A DNA stretch of 62,951 bases, filler included, from Octopus bimaculoides (GCF_001194135.2; 4 parts of 3 records of this genome joined end to end with filler, not necessarily neighbours in it); one strand, 5' to 3'; shown: positions 12,141 through 25,764, numbered from the whole stretch's first letter. The notes: a model not told the origin generated them from the sequence alone. Program-made: numbers and translations.

Positions 12141-15100
12141 ATTACTATAACAAATATTATAACACTTCGTCCTATCTCACAGCTCTCTCAAAAATTGCTC
12201 CTAAATGCGACATATTCAGAGGCCTCCGGGATCTTATATGCTTCGCTATCCCAGACAACATCGAAAAGAACGTAATGATTATGCTGATCATCGTGCTGTT
12301 CAAATAGAAAATAAAATCCAGTAAAGCTATCGCCACTACCTGTACACTCAACACCATCATCCAAACAGTTGCATAGCTTCGTATTATGTTGTATTGAATC
12401 GTCTTAAAACGAAACAGTATTGTCCATGTCACGTATAATTTCAACTGGGAACGTGATTCCAATAGAAGAGAAATGCTGATGCAGGTAAACAGTGGAATGG
12501 AGAAATGGAGAAATGGAGATTGAGGTTTGGAATGTCATTGTTCAAGAAAACTCAGACACGCAGAGATAGAACACACACATACACTAAGCAGACGTACGCA
12601 CTGAAACATACAGTGATACATGTATTCGTGTATGTATGTGTAAATATTTATATATGCACCGAAGTATACAAGCATGTATGTATGTGTGTAGTGATACGCT
12701 CACACGCACATACACATATGTCGTATGTGTGTGTGAGAGAGAAAGAAAGTGAGATTGAAACACATTGTGAAGATGAGCTGGAGATGAAGTTACAAATAAA
12801 CAATCGCATTATGTATGGTAAAATGATAAATTAACAAGTGTTGACAAAATCAATAAATAACATAATAAGCACACTTAATTCAGCAATTTGATACTTAAGA
12901 TATTTCAAAAACGAGCAAGTAAATAGACCGTTTCAACTGAACACGAGACGGAGACGATATTTCCTTCTAGAATGTCACGATGCAATAACGTGACTGACTA
13001 ATATAAGTATGATACGGCAGGCGAGGGTTTCACCGAAAGCGAGACGCAGTATTTCCTTCAATAATAGACAGAATGACTGATGCAGAATTAATTTCTCTTC
13101 TACTTCTCAGTCACAAACGGTTTGTGCGTTGATTTGATCAGCCATTGCCCCGTATTTGCCACATTCTATCGCATGTTTCCTTGATGATGCTATCACAAAC
13201 ATACAGTTTGTGTTTGGGTTATTTCTGGTCGTATCTTTAGCATCAGGTCAATCTCTCCTAGACAGTCTTGTGATGAGAGACGTTCAAGTCGTAGTCTCCT
13301 CTTTTCTTTTTAATTTGTTCTCGACACCGTAATGTATCTAGAATTACATTATCCCGTGTGTCCACCATTTTATGTGTCTGATTTTTATGGGTACTTGATG
13401 GACTGTATCAAGTGGTCCCTGTAGTCCCTTATCAACACTGGCGACTGTAAACTTCAATGATTCTCTTCCAACATTTTAATCACAAATTTCGTCAGTTCCT
13501 GATAGAAACATATCACTCGTATTAGTAAATTGCCAGGAGAATGGGTTCTTTTTTGGCTTCAAATCTGGAAAACTGTTTCAAGGAAAAGTGTAAGAATAAC
13601 ATACCGTATCAAGAACATTGGTACATTTAATGACATGAACTATATGAAATCAACACTGAAATACATCAGTGTAGGGAGATAGGTCGCTTTAAATTAGTTA
13701 TCCCAGGTAGGTAAGGAGCTATTGAATATATGATTATAAAGACTTCTCATTGAATTGGGATTCTCTTATTTCTTGGAAGTTGTAAACAAACGCTCGCAGC
13801 AATTTTAGCTCTTACCGTGGGCGGGATTTATGTTCAAGATTGCTGAGATAGATTGAACCGACAATATAATGCTAGATTTTATCAAAAATATGCGATCGGT
13901 TATTGTGTACTACGCTCTATGGGCATAGTTCGGCCTCATTTCACCATAGCATTCTACTAATACGCTGACAATTGACCTGCTATAACAAGGAACCAAATAT
14001 TTATCAAATTACAATTCATTCTGAAAAAAAGACATGCAAGCTGTGCTGTATGACCTTTGCAGCCGAGTGAGACTTGAAGATACATCAAGGAAAGAGGTTT
14101 AAGAAGAAGGCAGAGTAGTGTGGATCATCTGATCTTAAAACACGTGGGAAATCATTTCTGGACACAAACCACAGCGGATCGATGAAAGCTACTGCAAATA
14201 CCTCCACCCGACAGGTAACTGCAGGTTATGAGACTGGTGCATCAGATAGTTAAATTTGGTTAAAAAGTGACGATGAATGACGATTAGAAGAATATTGAGC
14301 TATATCTGATACCAAGTTGATCTAGCAAGCGGGGCCTCATTTCAGTGAGGTGGGGCAGATTCGAAATGATACCATCGAGGGGTGGGTCCCGAAACAGCGC
14401 ACATTCTCTCCTGATAACTCCATACACTTGCTGGTTTCCGGTATGCGGAGCTTTCGACTGGTGTATACTTCCATTTGGAAATTGTTTGCAAAACATCCGC
14501 GAACGTAAATTATATTTCGATATATATTGACTTTCAGATTTTAATAAATACAAACATAAAAAGCAACATTATATAAAACATATTACAATTACGATAGGGA
14601 CCAACAAAATATTTTGACTGGACTTGTACTATTTTTGCTCTCTGGTGCTATTGTTTGTCGCAATGTTAGCAGCAATACAATAAAAATATGATAAAATTCG
14701 TTTCAGCTATGACGATTCTCTCCCGTTGTTTCAAAGTCCTTGTATATAGCACTATATTATGCAACATGTCTTTCCTTTTGTCAAATGTTCAGCTGGGATA
14801 AGAGAAAGAATTTAATATCAATTTTAGCTGGTTAATGGACCTCTTCAGATATCCTTTGTTGTTCTGTGAATTTGGGCTTTGATGTTTCTGGTTTTGGCAG
14901 TATGGTTTGTGCTATTATTGTTTCATTTTTGCTCCTCTCTCAGCCCTAATGGAACAAACGAAGATCAAATGCAGTGAGAATTCCGTCTTTCTTCAGGTGT
15001 TATATATCTAGAACTACATTACACAAAGTCAGTGTTCTTGTTGTTCAGATGCATTAGGACCTGAAACCCCGGGAAAGCACACACCGTACTGAAGATTTTA

Positions 15101-17660
15101 AAGCTGCGTGTTGAGGAAGCAATGCGTCAATGCATATTAAATAAGTCGTAGTTCCACATACAAGTTGAATATTGTAATGTTTCGATAAATATAACATATT
15201 TAATGTTCACAATATTAGCTTCAACGTTGTAAACTGACCTATTAAACGACATTGGTTATATAAAATCGTGTTTTTATTGTATAGATTTACTTCTGTTACA
15301 TTACTAATATTAATACGGCGTATGGCCATACCTCAAATTATCATCTTAAAATGTAGTAAAATCACACACTTTTTTTTTATATTCGACAATATAGTGCCGT
15401 TGCATGTAAGCGATATTAAAAAGATTCAAAAGGCTGTTATATGCCACTAAATTTATAAATGAGGAGTTATGACTTTGTAACTATATTACCTCTTAATATT
15501 TGACTTCTTAAACGCAGTTCATTATTGATAAACCTAACGAATTCCTGCATCGTTTTACGACTGTGCCTGTCTCATTAATATTTTGTGTATCACTCCTGAC
15601 ATTCCTATTGGAAATATACTTGTTATGTGAATGTATTCTGAAATGTATTCTCGCACACACACATGCGCACGTATACACCTATGCTCACACACCAAAACAC
15701 AAACCCGTTGCAAATCTATAATATTATTCATATATATATATGTATGTATATATATACATATATATATATATATANNNNNNNNNNNNNNNNNNNNNNNNNN
15801 NNNNNNNNNNNNNNNNNNNNNNNNNNNNNNNNNNNNNNNNNNNNNNNNNNNNNNNNNNNNNNNNNNNNNNNNNNNNNNNNNNNNNNNNNNNNNNNNNNNN
15901 NNNNNNNNNNNNNNNNNNNNNNNNNNNNNNNNNNNNNNNNNNNNNNNNNNNNNNNNNNNNNNNNNNNNNNNNNNNNNACATGGGTATGTGTGTTTGTATG
16001 CATGAAGGTATACTTATATGCATTAATATCTATGCACATAGGAACACATATTCGCACACGTGCGTTAAGGGGTGATACGCTGAATGATAAAGTTAGAAGA
16101 TCTCTTTTGAATAAAGAAAACAAAATACATTCTTGCAATAATTGCCAGTGATACTCAAATAGATTCAGAAATCATTTCTCGTGTAAATGGTTGCAGATAA
16201 AGAGCATACTTACTTTCTTTTCTCTAGTCCCACTTCCCAATGTAATCCGAGGGGATAGTTTTACATGTAAACTCCTTTCAAATTAGGATAAATATAATAA
16301 TAACGATAATGACTTGCAGATGGAAATCTGTAGGTTTTATTCATGCTTCATGGCAAATGATTCTGCATCTCACACGTTCATTAGTGAAGACCTTTACATA
16401 TACACACGATATTATTTAAGATTATTCATAATATCTATGAATCTCGAGTTTTATTCCATCGCAATGTGCATATTTCATCAGGCATACTTCATCAGATGTA
16501 AATATATACATATATATCCGCAAGCGTACATATCGTTGTTTTCTTATTCGGATTATTATTTTCTTAATTTGGGTTTCACTTCAGTTTCAAGGGTTCGATT
16601 AAAATGAATGTTAAGCCATTAATAAAACATACAAAACTAATCAGAAACGTGGAAATAAGACGTCTCTAGAAGGTGAAACATTTCTTTCTTGATAGGTATC
16701 CTCCTTTATTCGAAACTGATCAAATCTTTCATTTTATATTCATTCACGTCTGTGAAACGTACTGTCGATTTGCTTGAATTGTTATTTATTTCATGAGACT
16801 CACTGATGAAGCAAAACGAAATTGTGGTCAATTATTTGGAATTTTGTTATCTCTTTTTGTTTTTAATGTCTCCCTCCTGTGTTTATCTCGATGTAATGTT
16901 TTCGTCTTCACTTTTTCTTTTGCGATTTTCATAAAAATACGTTTAAACAACTACATCAGCTTTCATACCATTACAGGAAAATTTATGACAATCACAACGT
17001 TTAAACGGTCTGACAGTGATAACATCCACAGAGTGCTTAGCAGAAGCCATAAATAATGGATGCCAAAAGAAAGAAAACTGAAAAATACAAACAATACAGC
17101 CCTGAAAGAGGATTTTGTGATAAAATCGTTTCACTCACACAAAACTGAAATGGACGTAAAATCATATTTCATTTGAATTTAATTGAAATTATAATATTTA
17201 AAGCATTATAAATGTTAGAATTTATTAAACCACATAAACATGCTACCAAGAATGAAGTGAAGGCAAAGTATAAATAATCTCAAACTGATGAATTCCTAAA
17301 AAAATAGTTCATATTATGCCTACATACATAGTACAAAATGGATGGTAGGAAATAAAAGATTATATAAAACATGGAAACAGAAAGTCGATGTCGCAGGCAA
17401 TTATAATTTGTTATAGGATTTGGTTGTGTAGCTGAAAGTCTTATCAAACAAAAAATGACTATAAAAGTCACCTTTTTATGAAAATATATAAAAATTGGAT
17501 TTTGTCAGAGTTTTCAATTATTTGAAATGCAGACTAAAAAAAAAAAGTAATACTACAAAATTACATTGACTTATAAAACGATAAATATTCTTTAAATGTC
17601 TCTTGCAATTTATATATATGTATGTGTATGTTCTTGCGTTTGTGTTCATGTATATGTATT

Positions 17661-17691
<31 letters not shown>

Positions 17692-17735
17692 NNNNNNNNN
17701 NNNNNNNNNNNNNNNNNNNNNNNNNNNNNNNNNNN

Positions 17736-17747
17736 TTAATTAATTAA
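17736..17747. other. Assembly linker TTAATTAATTAA inside an N-gap (also 45539-45550 and 59833-59844)
   Basis: The identical 12-mer, which has stops in all six frames, is flanked by N-runs three times. Confidence 0.9.
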
Positions 17748-18049
17748 NNNNNNNNNNNNNNNNNNNNNNNNNNNNNNNNNNNNNNNNNNNNTATATATAT
17801 ATGTACGTCTGTAAATTTGTGTTTCAAGATTCTTGATGTCGTGTGTTGAATCAGATGTTGTATTTCGGGTGGGTCATTTATTGTCTATTTTTTTGCCAAA
17901 TGAACACCCACACTATATATTCGTTCTTCACTCGTTTATTACTGTTCTTATTCTAACTCATGTCCATTGTCCGGAAATCTTTCATCACACATCTGTGACC
18001 TCTTCAGCGACACTTTCCGTTTTCGTGTGTGCTCTTGCTCTGCTTATTT

Positions 18050-19260
18050 CCATTCGCATATGAAAAGCGTCAAGCTGGTTGATGTGCTTTCGGTACAAAG
18101 TCGAAGATTCAGCACCATAAAGCAATGTTGTCATGACAACCGACTTATATACATCAGCTTTCACTTTGAACGAAACATCGTGGCTGTTCCAAAGCCTGTG
18201 ATAAAGCTTACCGAAAGCGGAGTTAGCTTTCCTAATTGTGGACTCGATTTCTTTATGCATCTTCGCATCATCGGACACAATGGAACCAAGATAAGTGAAG
18301 GAGGAAATAGTTTTTAATACTTTCCCATCAATATATATAGAGCAGGGCAACAGCGGGAAGATGGTCGCGAATGGGCTGATGGACAAGCTCTGTTTTCTTG
18401 ATGCTGATGGTTAGACCAAAGGCCTTCGGTACACGCGAGAAGTTGTTTAGAATCCATCGCATGTCCTCAAGAGTGTGTGCTACAAGTGCACAATCTGTGA
18501 TGAGCAAATCTCGAACTGCTTGCACCAAAGTCTTAGTTCTTGCTTTGAAGCGTTGTTGGTTGGACAAGCCATGACCAGTTATGTACTCAAACTTTACTCC
18601 TTCTTTAACACCCTCAAACGCTGTTCCCAACATGACGAAGAAATACATAGCAAATAAGAGTGGTGCAAGAACACAGCCTTGTTTTGTCCCATTGGAGACT
18701 GTGAATGAATTGGAAATTCCGCGCTAGATCTGACAGAAGCCATCATCCCTCGATGGAAAGAAATGATGACATTGAACATCTTTTCTGGAACACCTCGTTT
18801 TCTAAGGACAAGCCAAAGAGCATCCCTAGATACGGTGTCGAAAGCTTTATTTAGATCTACAAAAGAGACAGAAAGGTCTCGGTTGTTTTCACGAGCCTTT
18901 TCCTGCAGCAGCCTTAGGCCAAAAATCGTATCCACTGTGCCTCTACCAGCCCGAAACCCAGACTGAGATTTAGGCAAGACTAAGCTGGCAACGGAATAAT
19001 TTAGTCTATTTAAGATAATCCTTCCAAGGATCTTCCCAGCAACACACGAAAGGAAGATAACCTCTATGGTTGTCATGTTCACATTTGTTACCGTTGTACT
19101 TATCAAGATGGACAATAGAAGCATCTTTGAACTCCTGTGGGACTGATCCTGATTCCCAGATTTAAGGAGAAGAGTTCACATAACTTATTCAGCAGGAGAC
19201 TGCTACTACATTTATATATCTCGGCTGGTATGCCATCGTTCCCAGACGACTTTCCATTCG
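18050..19260 (-). mobile_element. RTE-clade LINE reverse transcriptase (5'-truncated, frameshifted)
   Basis: GKSSGNDGIPAEIYK; AGKILGRIILNRL; PKSQSGFRAGRGTVDTIF; FVDLNKAFDTVSRDALW; DLLITDCALVAH (degenerate YADD); FGLTISIKKTE; FTYLGS; LLYGAES. Confidence 0.92.
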
Positions 19261-19971
19261 TCGTATATATATATATATATATATACATACACGCTCACAC
19301 ACACACNNNNNNNNNNNNNNNNNNNNNNNNNNNNNNNNNNNNNNNNNNNNNNNCACCGAGCAAGGGTGTCGTGAAGTGATTGTTGGTGTTTCTCAACACC
19401 TGTCGCCTGAAACGATAAAACGAGAAACGTCTTCAACGGCAAATCGTAGTGAATCCGGTCTTTGTACAAGTAAAATATCTCTCAAACATATTTGAACCGA
19501 TCCAAAGGCTAGGGACAAGGCCACCAAATTTCAGAGGAGGTGGTCAGTCGATATTATCAAGCTCAGTACTTGATTATCTTCTTGTCCAAATCCTGCTTCA
19601 CATGGCGCAGTTATTGATATTATGGCACGACAAACTAGAGCATGTTTCTTCGGCAATAACCTCGAGTTGAACCAAAGTTTTGTTCTAGTGCCGCCTACAT
19701 GGGATCAGCGATGATACTATTCTGCCCCCATTAAGTCATACAAAAGACTCAGAGAGGAGAACGACAGACGGGACGAATTGGAGAAATTCTTCAGTTTGCG
19801 AAATTGAAAATCGAACAGCTTCACTGCATAATTAATGAATTTAATACGATTTGATTAAATGCCTAATTATTTGAGATGAGATATTCGTAATAAGATTTTA
19901 ATTTTTCAGACTATTGACCTAATTTTTTAGAGATAGAGCATTTTTTGCTTTATTATTATTATTATATATAG

Positions 19972-20100
19972 ACGTTCTGAGTTCAAATTCCGCCGGGGTC
20001 GCCTTTGCCTTTCATCCTTTCGGGGTCGATAAAATTAACTACTTATTGAACACTTGGTCGATGTAATCGACTTTTCCATCTCCTAAAAATTACTGGCCAT
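19972..20100 (+). mobile_element. SINE family C (5'-truncated)
   Basis: ACGTTCTGAGTTCAAATTCCGCCGGGGTCGCCTTTGCCTTTCATCCTTTCGGGGTCGAT. Confidence 0.85.
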
Positions 20101-20136
20101 GTACCAAAACATCGAAGCAATTATAAACCCACTTCG

Positions 20137-20280
20137 AAGGTGGCGAGTTAGCAGAATTATTAGTGCGTCGAACAAAATGCTTAGTAGCATTTCTTCCGAC
20201 TTTTTGCCTTCTAAGTTCAAATCTCGTCAGGGTCAACTTTGTTTTCATCCTTTCGAGCTCAATAAATTAAAATACCAACA
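20137..20280 (+). mobile_element. SINE family C (3'-truncated)
   Basis: AAGGTGGCGAGTTAGCAGAATT head and family-C body. Confidence 0.8.
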
Positions 20281-20369
20281 GAAGGTCCAGGGTCAGGAGT
20301 CATGGGGACAGCGTTGAGATATGGCGCAGGTACTTCCAGCACAGTGGGCCCCGTCCCTTAAAGACTCGC

Positions 20370-20433
20370 AAGGTCCACCCGGGTTGTGAGTAAGGTCCAC
20401 CCGGGTTGTGAGCAAGGTCCACCCGGGTTGTGA
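20370..20433. repeat. 22-bp GC-rich tandem repeat x3
   Basis: AAGGTCCACCCGGGTTGTGAG(T/C), near-perfect. Confidence 0.95.
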
Positions 20434-20491
20434 TCGACCGAATAAATATACCAACCAAGATATAAATACATCGAATAAAAGCGCCGCACTA

Positions 20492-20810
20492 CAAAGAGTA
20501 TCTAAATGTGCCACAATGGGGTTTTTAAATGTGCTGCAATGGGGTATCTAAATGCGCCGCATGGGGTATATCTATGTGCGCCACATGCAATATACCTAAG
20601 TGCACCGCATGGGGTATATCTCTTTGTGCCGCATGAAGTATATCTATGTGCGCCTCAAGGGTCATCTAAATGCGACGCAGAAGCCGTCTAAATGCATCGC
20701 AAGAGTTCTCTAAAGTGCCGCATGGGGTATACCAATGTGCGCTGCCAGGGGTACGCAGGTGCGTCGCAAGGGGTAACTATGTGCCTCGCAAGAGGTTTCT
20801 AGAGGTGCGC
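20492..20810. repeat. Degenerate 22-24-bp minisatellite (~14 units)
   Basis: Consensus approximately TATCTAAATGTGCCGCATGGGGTA. Confidence 0.85.
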
Positions 20811-20861
20811 AACAGATTAAAAGTCTTAGAAACCCCCTTGCTGCTGATAATAGACGATAGG

Positions 20862-21390
20862 GATTGATTTAAGGGAGATTTTATTGCTATTTCTAGCAAG
20901 TCGATCGACCATATAGAAGCTCCCTCACTAGAAGTATCCGTGTTGCTCTGTGCTAATTGTTTATTCTTAAATCAGCCTAGATTGAAGGGATGGTCACGGC
21001 TAGAATACTTTTGATCATTGGCCTCAGAGACAATCTTCAACGTCATTCCGGTAGCCAGGATTATCCTGTCTTTTTCATAAACACCAGATTATCCAATGTC
21101 TCCTTTTCTAAGACGGTAGGATGTGATTCGAGATAGATTGGGCTGCTATTTCTAACAAAGCAACCAACCACTTAATGAGTATCTTTTGTTCATTATTGCT
21201 ACCGTTTAGCCCCAGATCAAACCTCATTGAACACACCTATCATCAAAGACAATCCAACCGTGACCATTTTGTATTTTTCCCATATAAACGCAACGCAGTT
21301 ACTTCATTATCCACCAAAGGATGATGAGATTTAGAGGAGATTTTGTTGTTATTTCTAGCATGCCTATCGACCACAGGGAGAACGTCCTCA
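20862..21390 (+). repeat. Three diverged copies of a ~65-bp interspersed motif (family D: GATTT..GGAGATT.G..TGCTATTTCTAGCA....CGACCAC)
   Basis: Copies at 20862, ~21118 and ~21319. Others at ~43296 (-), ~50130 (-), ~55038 (+), ~54215 (-) and ~57893 (+). Confidence 0.6.
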
Positions 21391-21960
21391 TTGAAACTAT
21401 CCACAATGTCGCCATCTTGTTACACTTTGATAGACGTAACTAGGTGTTTGTGCAGTCGTTAATTGAAGCATTGCACATAAACCTTGCAGCGACAGTGCAT
21501 TGCTGTTTGCCTTAGCCATGCAGTATTTACCCACGAGGCACTGCATTTGCAGATGTAGACGTCATCGCTTACCAAATATTGCCATTGTCGGATGAAATGT
21601 TCATTAACTCGTCTACCATTGAAATGTCATATAATATAACACAATATTAGCAAACACGCTTGCTGTATATTGCGACGTAGAAAACCGAATTAACTTGATT
21701 CTTGCAAGAAGTTTCGTAATCACGACTAATGATAATTAATCAACGAGCTTTATTAATCCTCTCGAATATATAATATTTTATAAAATAATTAATAGCGACA
21801 GAAACAGTATTATTAATACGAAAATGTAATCTTGATCTCCAACATAACGTGGCGGTTCTATTAGAACATAAGAATTTTCCGTTATTTACTTCGAGAGGGT
21901 ATCTCATATAGACTTGTGGTGCATAAAAACAATCGTAATTATAGCGCTGACAAAGACAAC

Positions 21961-22085
21961 GAGCTAGCAAAAATCGTTAGCACACCTCTAAATGCTTAGC
22001 GGGTAATTCGGTGTTCTTTACGTTCTGAGTTCAAATCCTGCCGAGCTCGACTTGCCTTTTATCCTTTCGCGGGGTCAATAAAATG
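21961..22085 (+). mobile_element. SINE family C fragment
   Basis: GAGCTAGCAAAAATCGTTAGCAC...CGTTCTGAGTTCAAATCCTGCCGAGCTCGAC. Confidence 0.8.
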
Positions 22086-23732
22086 ACTTACGAAGATGTA
22101 CTTGCATAGCAAGTGACCTGATCTGAGATCGTGTGCTGAAACAAACACAATAGCAGCGTGGAAGGTGTTTATAAGCCATTAAAAAAAGAACAGCACGGAA
22201 TTTTGTTAAGGGAATACAATAGGCATTTTGAGTTCAATAAAAATCATGTTTCTTTGGTAGTATATATATATATATATATATATATANNNNNNNNNNNNNN
22301 NNNNNNNNNNNNNNNNNNNNNNNNNNNNNNNNNNNNNNNNNNNNNNNNNNNNNNNNNNNNNNNNNNNNNNNNNNNNNNNNNNNNNNNNNNNNNNNNNNNN
22401 NNNNNNNNNNNNNNNNNNNNNNNNNNNNNNNNNNNNNNNNNNNNNNNNNNNNNNNNNNNNNNNNNNNNNNNNNNNNNNNNNNNNNNNNNNNNNNNNNNNN
22501 NNNNNNNNNNNNNNNNNNNNNNNNNNNNNNNNNNNNNNNNNNNNNNNNNNNNNNNNNNNNNNNNNNNNNNNNNNNNNNNNNNNNNNNNNNNNNNNNNNNN
22601 NNNNNNNNNNNNNNNNNNNNNNNNNNNNNNNNNNNNNNNNNNNNNNNNNNNNNNNNNNNNNNNNNNNNNNNNNNNNNNNNNNNNNNNNNNNNNNNNNNNN
22701 NNNNNNNNNNNNNNNNNNNNNNNNNNNNNNNNNNNNNNNNNNNNNNNNNNNNNNNNNNNNNNNNNNNNNNNNNNNNNNNNNNNNNNNNNNNNNNNNNNNN
22801 NNNNNNNNNNNNNNNNNNNNNNNNNNNNNNNNNNNNNNNNNNNNNNNNNNNNNNNNNNNNNNNNNNNNNNNNNNNNNNNNNNNNNNNNNNTGTACCAAAA
22901 TTTGAAACCAATATCAAATTGTTTTTTAACATGGAAAAAAAAAAATGCAAAATCCGTCATCCGGTTTAACACCATCAAACTGGTTGGCACATTAGGTACC
23001 ACGGGTACTCTTACAGTACTCTTACCAGAATCCGCTCTGTTACAAACACTCGGGAATCGAGTCTCTTGATTAACAACACTCCCCCCCCCCATTCTTGCCT
23101 CCTTCCAGTCTCAGATTGCCTCTAAAGAGCCATGAGCGACGCCCTTTCTCTTGACTAAAAAAAAATGAAAAGCAGCTTTTTTTGCATGATGGTCACGACT
23201 GGAGGTTCCTTGATGATAATAGGTTCGTTTGCTCTATCAACGCTGACCTGGGGCTAAACAATAACACCAAGAACAACGCCTACAAGTATTCTTTATCTCT
23301 TTCTTCCCTCAAGAGTAGGGAGTGGGGCTGCGAAGGCTACGAGCCCACCCTTTTCCTAGAGACCAAAATATACAAAAACAGGACTTCAGATGTTCGCCTG
23401 TGTTTGTGTGTGTGTTTGCGCATTGTTTGTATGTGTACATGTATGTGTGTATGTCTCTATATGTGTATGTTTGTGTGTCTGTATGTGTATATGTGTATAT
23501 GTGTATCTGTATGGGTATGTGTGTCTTGGTGTGTATATCTGCATGTGTATGAATATATATGTACGTTTAAGTATGTGCTTGTATGTGCACATGTGTGTAT
23601 GTAGGAGTTTGTATGTTTGTGTATATATATAACCCTATGTGTGTTTATCTGAGTACAAAAATTTATATGTATACGTGTATGTGTGTATCTGCGTCTATCT
23701 GCGTGTTTGTGTGCGTGTGTTAGAGCATAAAA

Positions 23733-23805
<73 letters not shown>

Positions 23806-24076
23806 TTCGTGTATATGTGTTTGTATGTGTATATGTGCATATGTGTTTATACGTATGTATATTTATGTGTTTTTGTATGTGTGTGAATGTGTATCTGTAC
23901 GCATGAATGTGTGTGTGTGTGCGCGCCTATGTCTCGGAAAATGTAGGTGCGTGTATATGTGTATATGTGGGTGCTTATCTCTATATGTATTTTTGCGTCT
24001 ACATATTTGTGTGCGAATATATGTGTGTGAGTTTGTGTGTATATATGCATGTGTGTGGAGGTTGCGCATGTTTTTT

Positions 24077-24109
<33 letters not shown>

Positions 24110-24671
24110 TCTTATCTCAAAGAAATGGAAGCAAAACAGAAAAATGTTATCTCAGACGCTCACTCCAAACAGCTCTATAACCAACACCAACACCCATCAT
24201 CCGCGATGGGGTGGGTGGGGTGGATGTGCAGACAGTCAGACATTTCGGTATAGGGGGGAGGACACTGGTGGTGGGGGTTCGGGGTGAGGGTGAAGAAAGA
24301 GACAGATCGACTCAGACACCGACGGACGAGTAATCAAAGAGAGGGAGCGAAGAATTGGGTAGACAGACTGGTAGAAGTGAGAGAGAGAGAGAGGGGGGGG
24401 NNNNNNNNNNGAGAGAGAGAGAGAGAGAGAGAGAGGGGGGAGAGAAGGAGACAGAGACAGACAGACAGACAGACAGACAGACGGTCAGAGCCAGAAGCGA
24501 ACGGACTGATAGATGGGTATTCACAGAAAATAGAGCCTCAGTCATATTGCTTGACAAACACGATAAAGCACACGCGTTTGTGCACTCAGACAATCAAATA
24601 CACACATACACTAACACGGTGCGTGAGTGCGGGGGTGTATATATGTGTGTGTGTGTGTGTATGTATATTGC

Positions 24672-24703
<32 letters not shown>

Positions 24704-24782
24704 AACTTGTTTATTACAGTTGAATTCTCATTAAAGTCACATTAGATTCCAATCCAACACGTGTTTCTGCAGCACATCGATA

Positions 24783-24968
24783 TTCTTTTATTCTTTTATT
24801 TGTTTCAGTCATTTGACTGCGGCCATGCTGGAGCACCGCCCTTTAGTCGAGCAAATCGACCCCAGGACTTATTATTTGTAAGCCTAGTACTTATTCTATC
24901 GATCTCTCTTACCGAACCGCTAAGTGACGGAGACGTAAACACACCAGCATCGGTTGTCAAGCGATGTT
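24783..24968 (-). mobile_element. SINE family B, 3' half
   Basis: Near-identical to 3770-3945 (ORFs 3777 and 24761 translate alike). Confidence 0.9.
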
Positions 24969-25265
24969 AATTTCGTCTTTCATTCTCCCTGGGATCAATA
25001 AAAGTACCAACCAAATATGGAATCGCTGAATTCAACTGCTCTCTCTCACCCTGTTAAATTTCTGGTCTTGTTTCTATGTAGGAAATTGTTTCTACTATAA
25101 GCACAAGGTCTGAAATGCAGGGGCGGGGGTGAGGGGTTAAATTGATTACATCGATCTCTAACATCTAACTGGTACTTTATTTTTATCGTCCCAGTAAAAA
25201 TCCGGAAGAAATACCGCAGAGCATTTTGTCCGACGCGCAAACGATTCTGCTATATTGCTGCCTTA
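24969..25265. mobile_element. Two diverged family-C fragments in opposite orientation (+ 24969-25090; - 25089-25265)
   Basis: GTCTTTCATTCTCCCTGGGATCAATAAAAGTACCA (+) and AAGCACAAGGTCTGAAAT...ACTGGTACTTTATTTTTATCGTCCC...GCATTTTGTCCGACG (-). Confidence 0.65.
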
Positions 25266-25378
25266 ATGTAAGAAATCAACAATCCTTTCTGCTAAAGGCA
25301 CAAGGCCCGAAATTTTGAGGGAGGGAGCCGGTCGATTAGACCGACCCTAGTACACAACTGGTACTTAATTTATCGACC

Positions 25379-25764
25379 AAATATTACCAAAATATAGAAT
25401 AATACTCCAACATTTCGAGTGTAAATATTTATATATAACCCACAATATAAACTACGATCGATATATATATATATATATATATATAAACAAATAAAGAAAA
25501 ACGAAGCCCCATTAGAATAAATTCATCGTAAAACCCAACCATAATTTAAATCCCGTATAATATGAATTACAGAAACAAAAGAATTCTCAATACATGATGT
25601 ATAATGTATAGCAAGAAAAATACCCCTTATCAATAGAATAATTAAACACAATCCTAACAAAGAACCGAAATTTTATCAAACAAATTAACTGCTGATGGCA
25701 AATCAATTAATGCTCGATTTACAATTTGCAAAACAGAATGAGTTTTTCGTAATGAACTAAGAAT
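25379..25764 (-). pseudogene. cob: Mitochondrial cytochrome b 5' fragment (NUMT)
   Basis: SSLRKTHSVLQIVNRALIDLPSAVNL [frameshift, stop] [10 protein letters not shown]...GIFLAMHYTS...[29 protein letters not shown] [(TA)n] IDRSLYCG..NIYTRNVGVLFY. Confidence 0.92.

Noticed and set aside
12172-12462. Hydrophobic 96-aa minus-strand ORF resembling a membrane protein
   Set aside because: No recognisable family motif, no convincing splice sites, and this length is expected by chance.
13140-14260. Possible LINE 3' remnants (also 1360-1800, 47120-47530, 50600-50830, 55200-55440, 56770-57110, 58880-59270)
   Set aside because: Composition suggests old retroelement debris, but the motifs are too degenerate to assign by eye.
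14284-14553. GC-richer patch with open frames on both strands
   Set aside because: Neither peptide is recognisable and splice signals are ambiguous. It could be a TE remnant; a BLASTx search would settle it.
16802-16835. CTGATGAAGCAAAACGAAA hammerhead-like core
   Set aside because: Stem II has only 1 bp and helix I cannot form.
17736-17747. Recurrent TTAATTAATTAA motif (3 copies)
   Set aside because: Always embedded in N-runs; a scaffolding linker with stops in all frames, not biology.
20370-20433. CRISPR-like appearance of short direct repeats (also 60494-60588)
   Set aside because: Units are directly tandem with no unique spacers, in eukaryotic context, with no cas genes.
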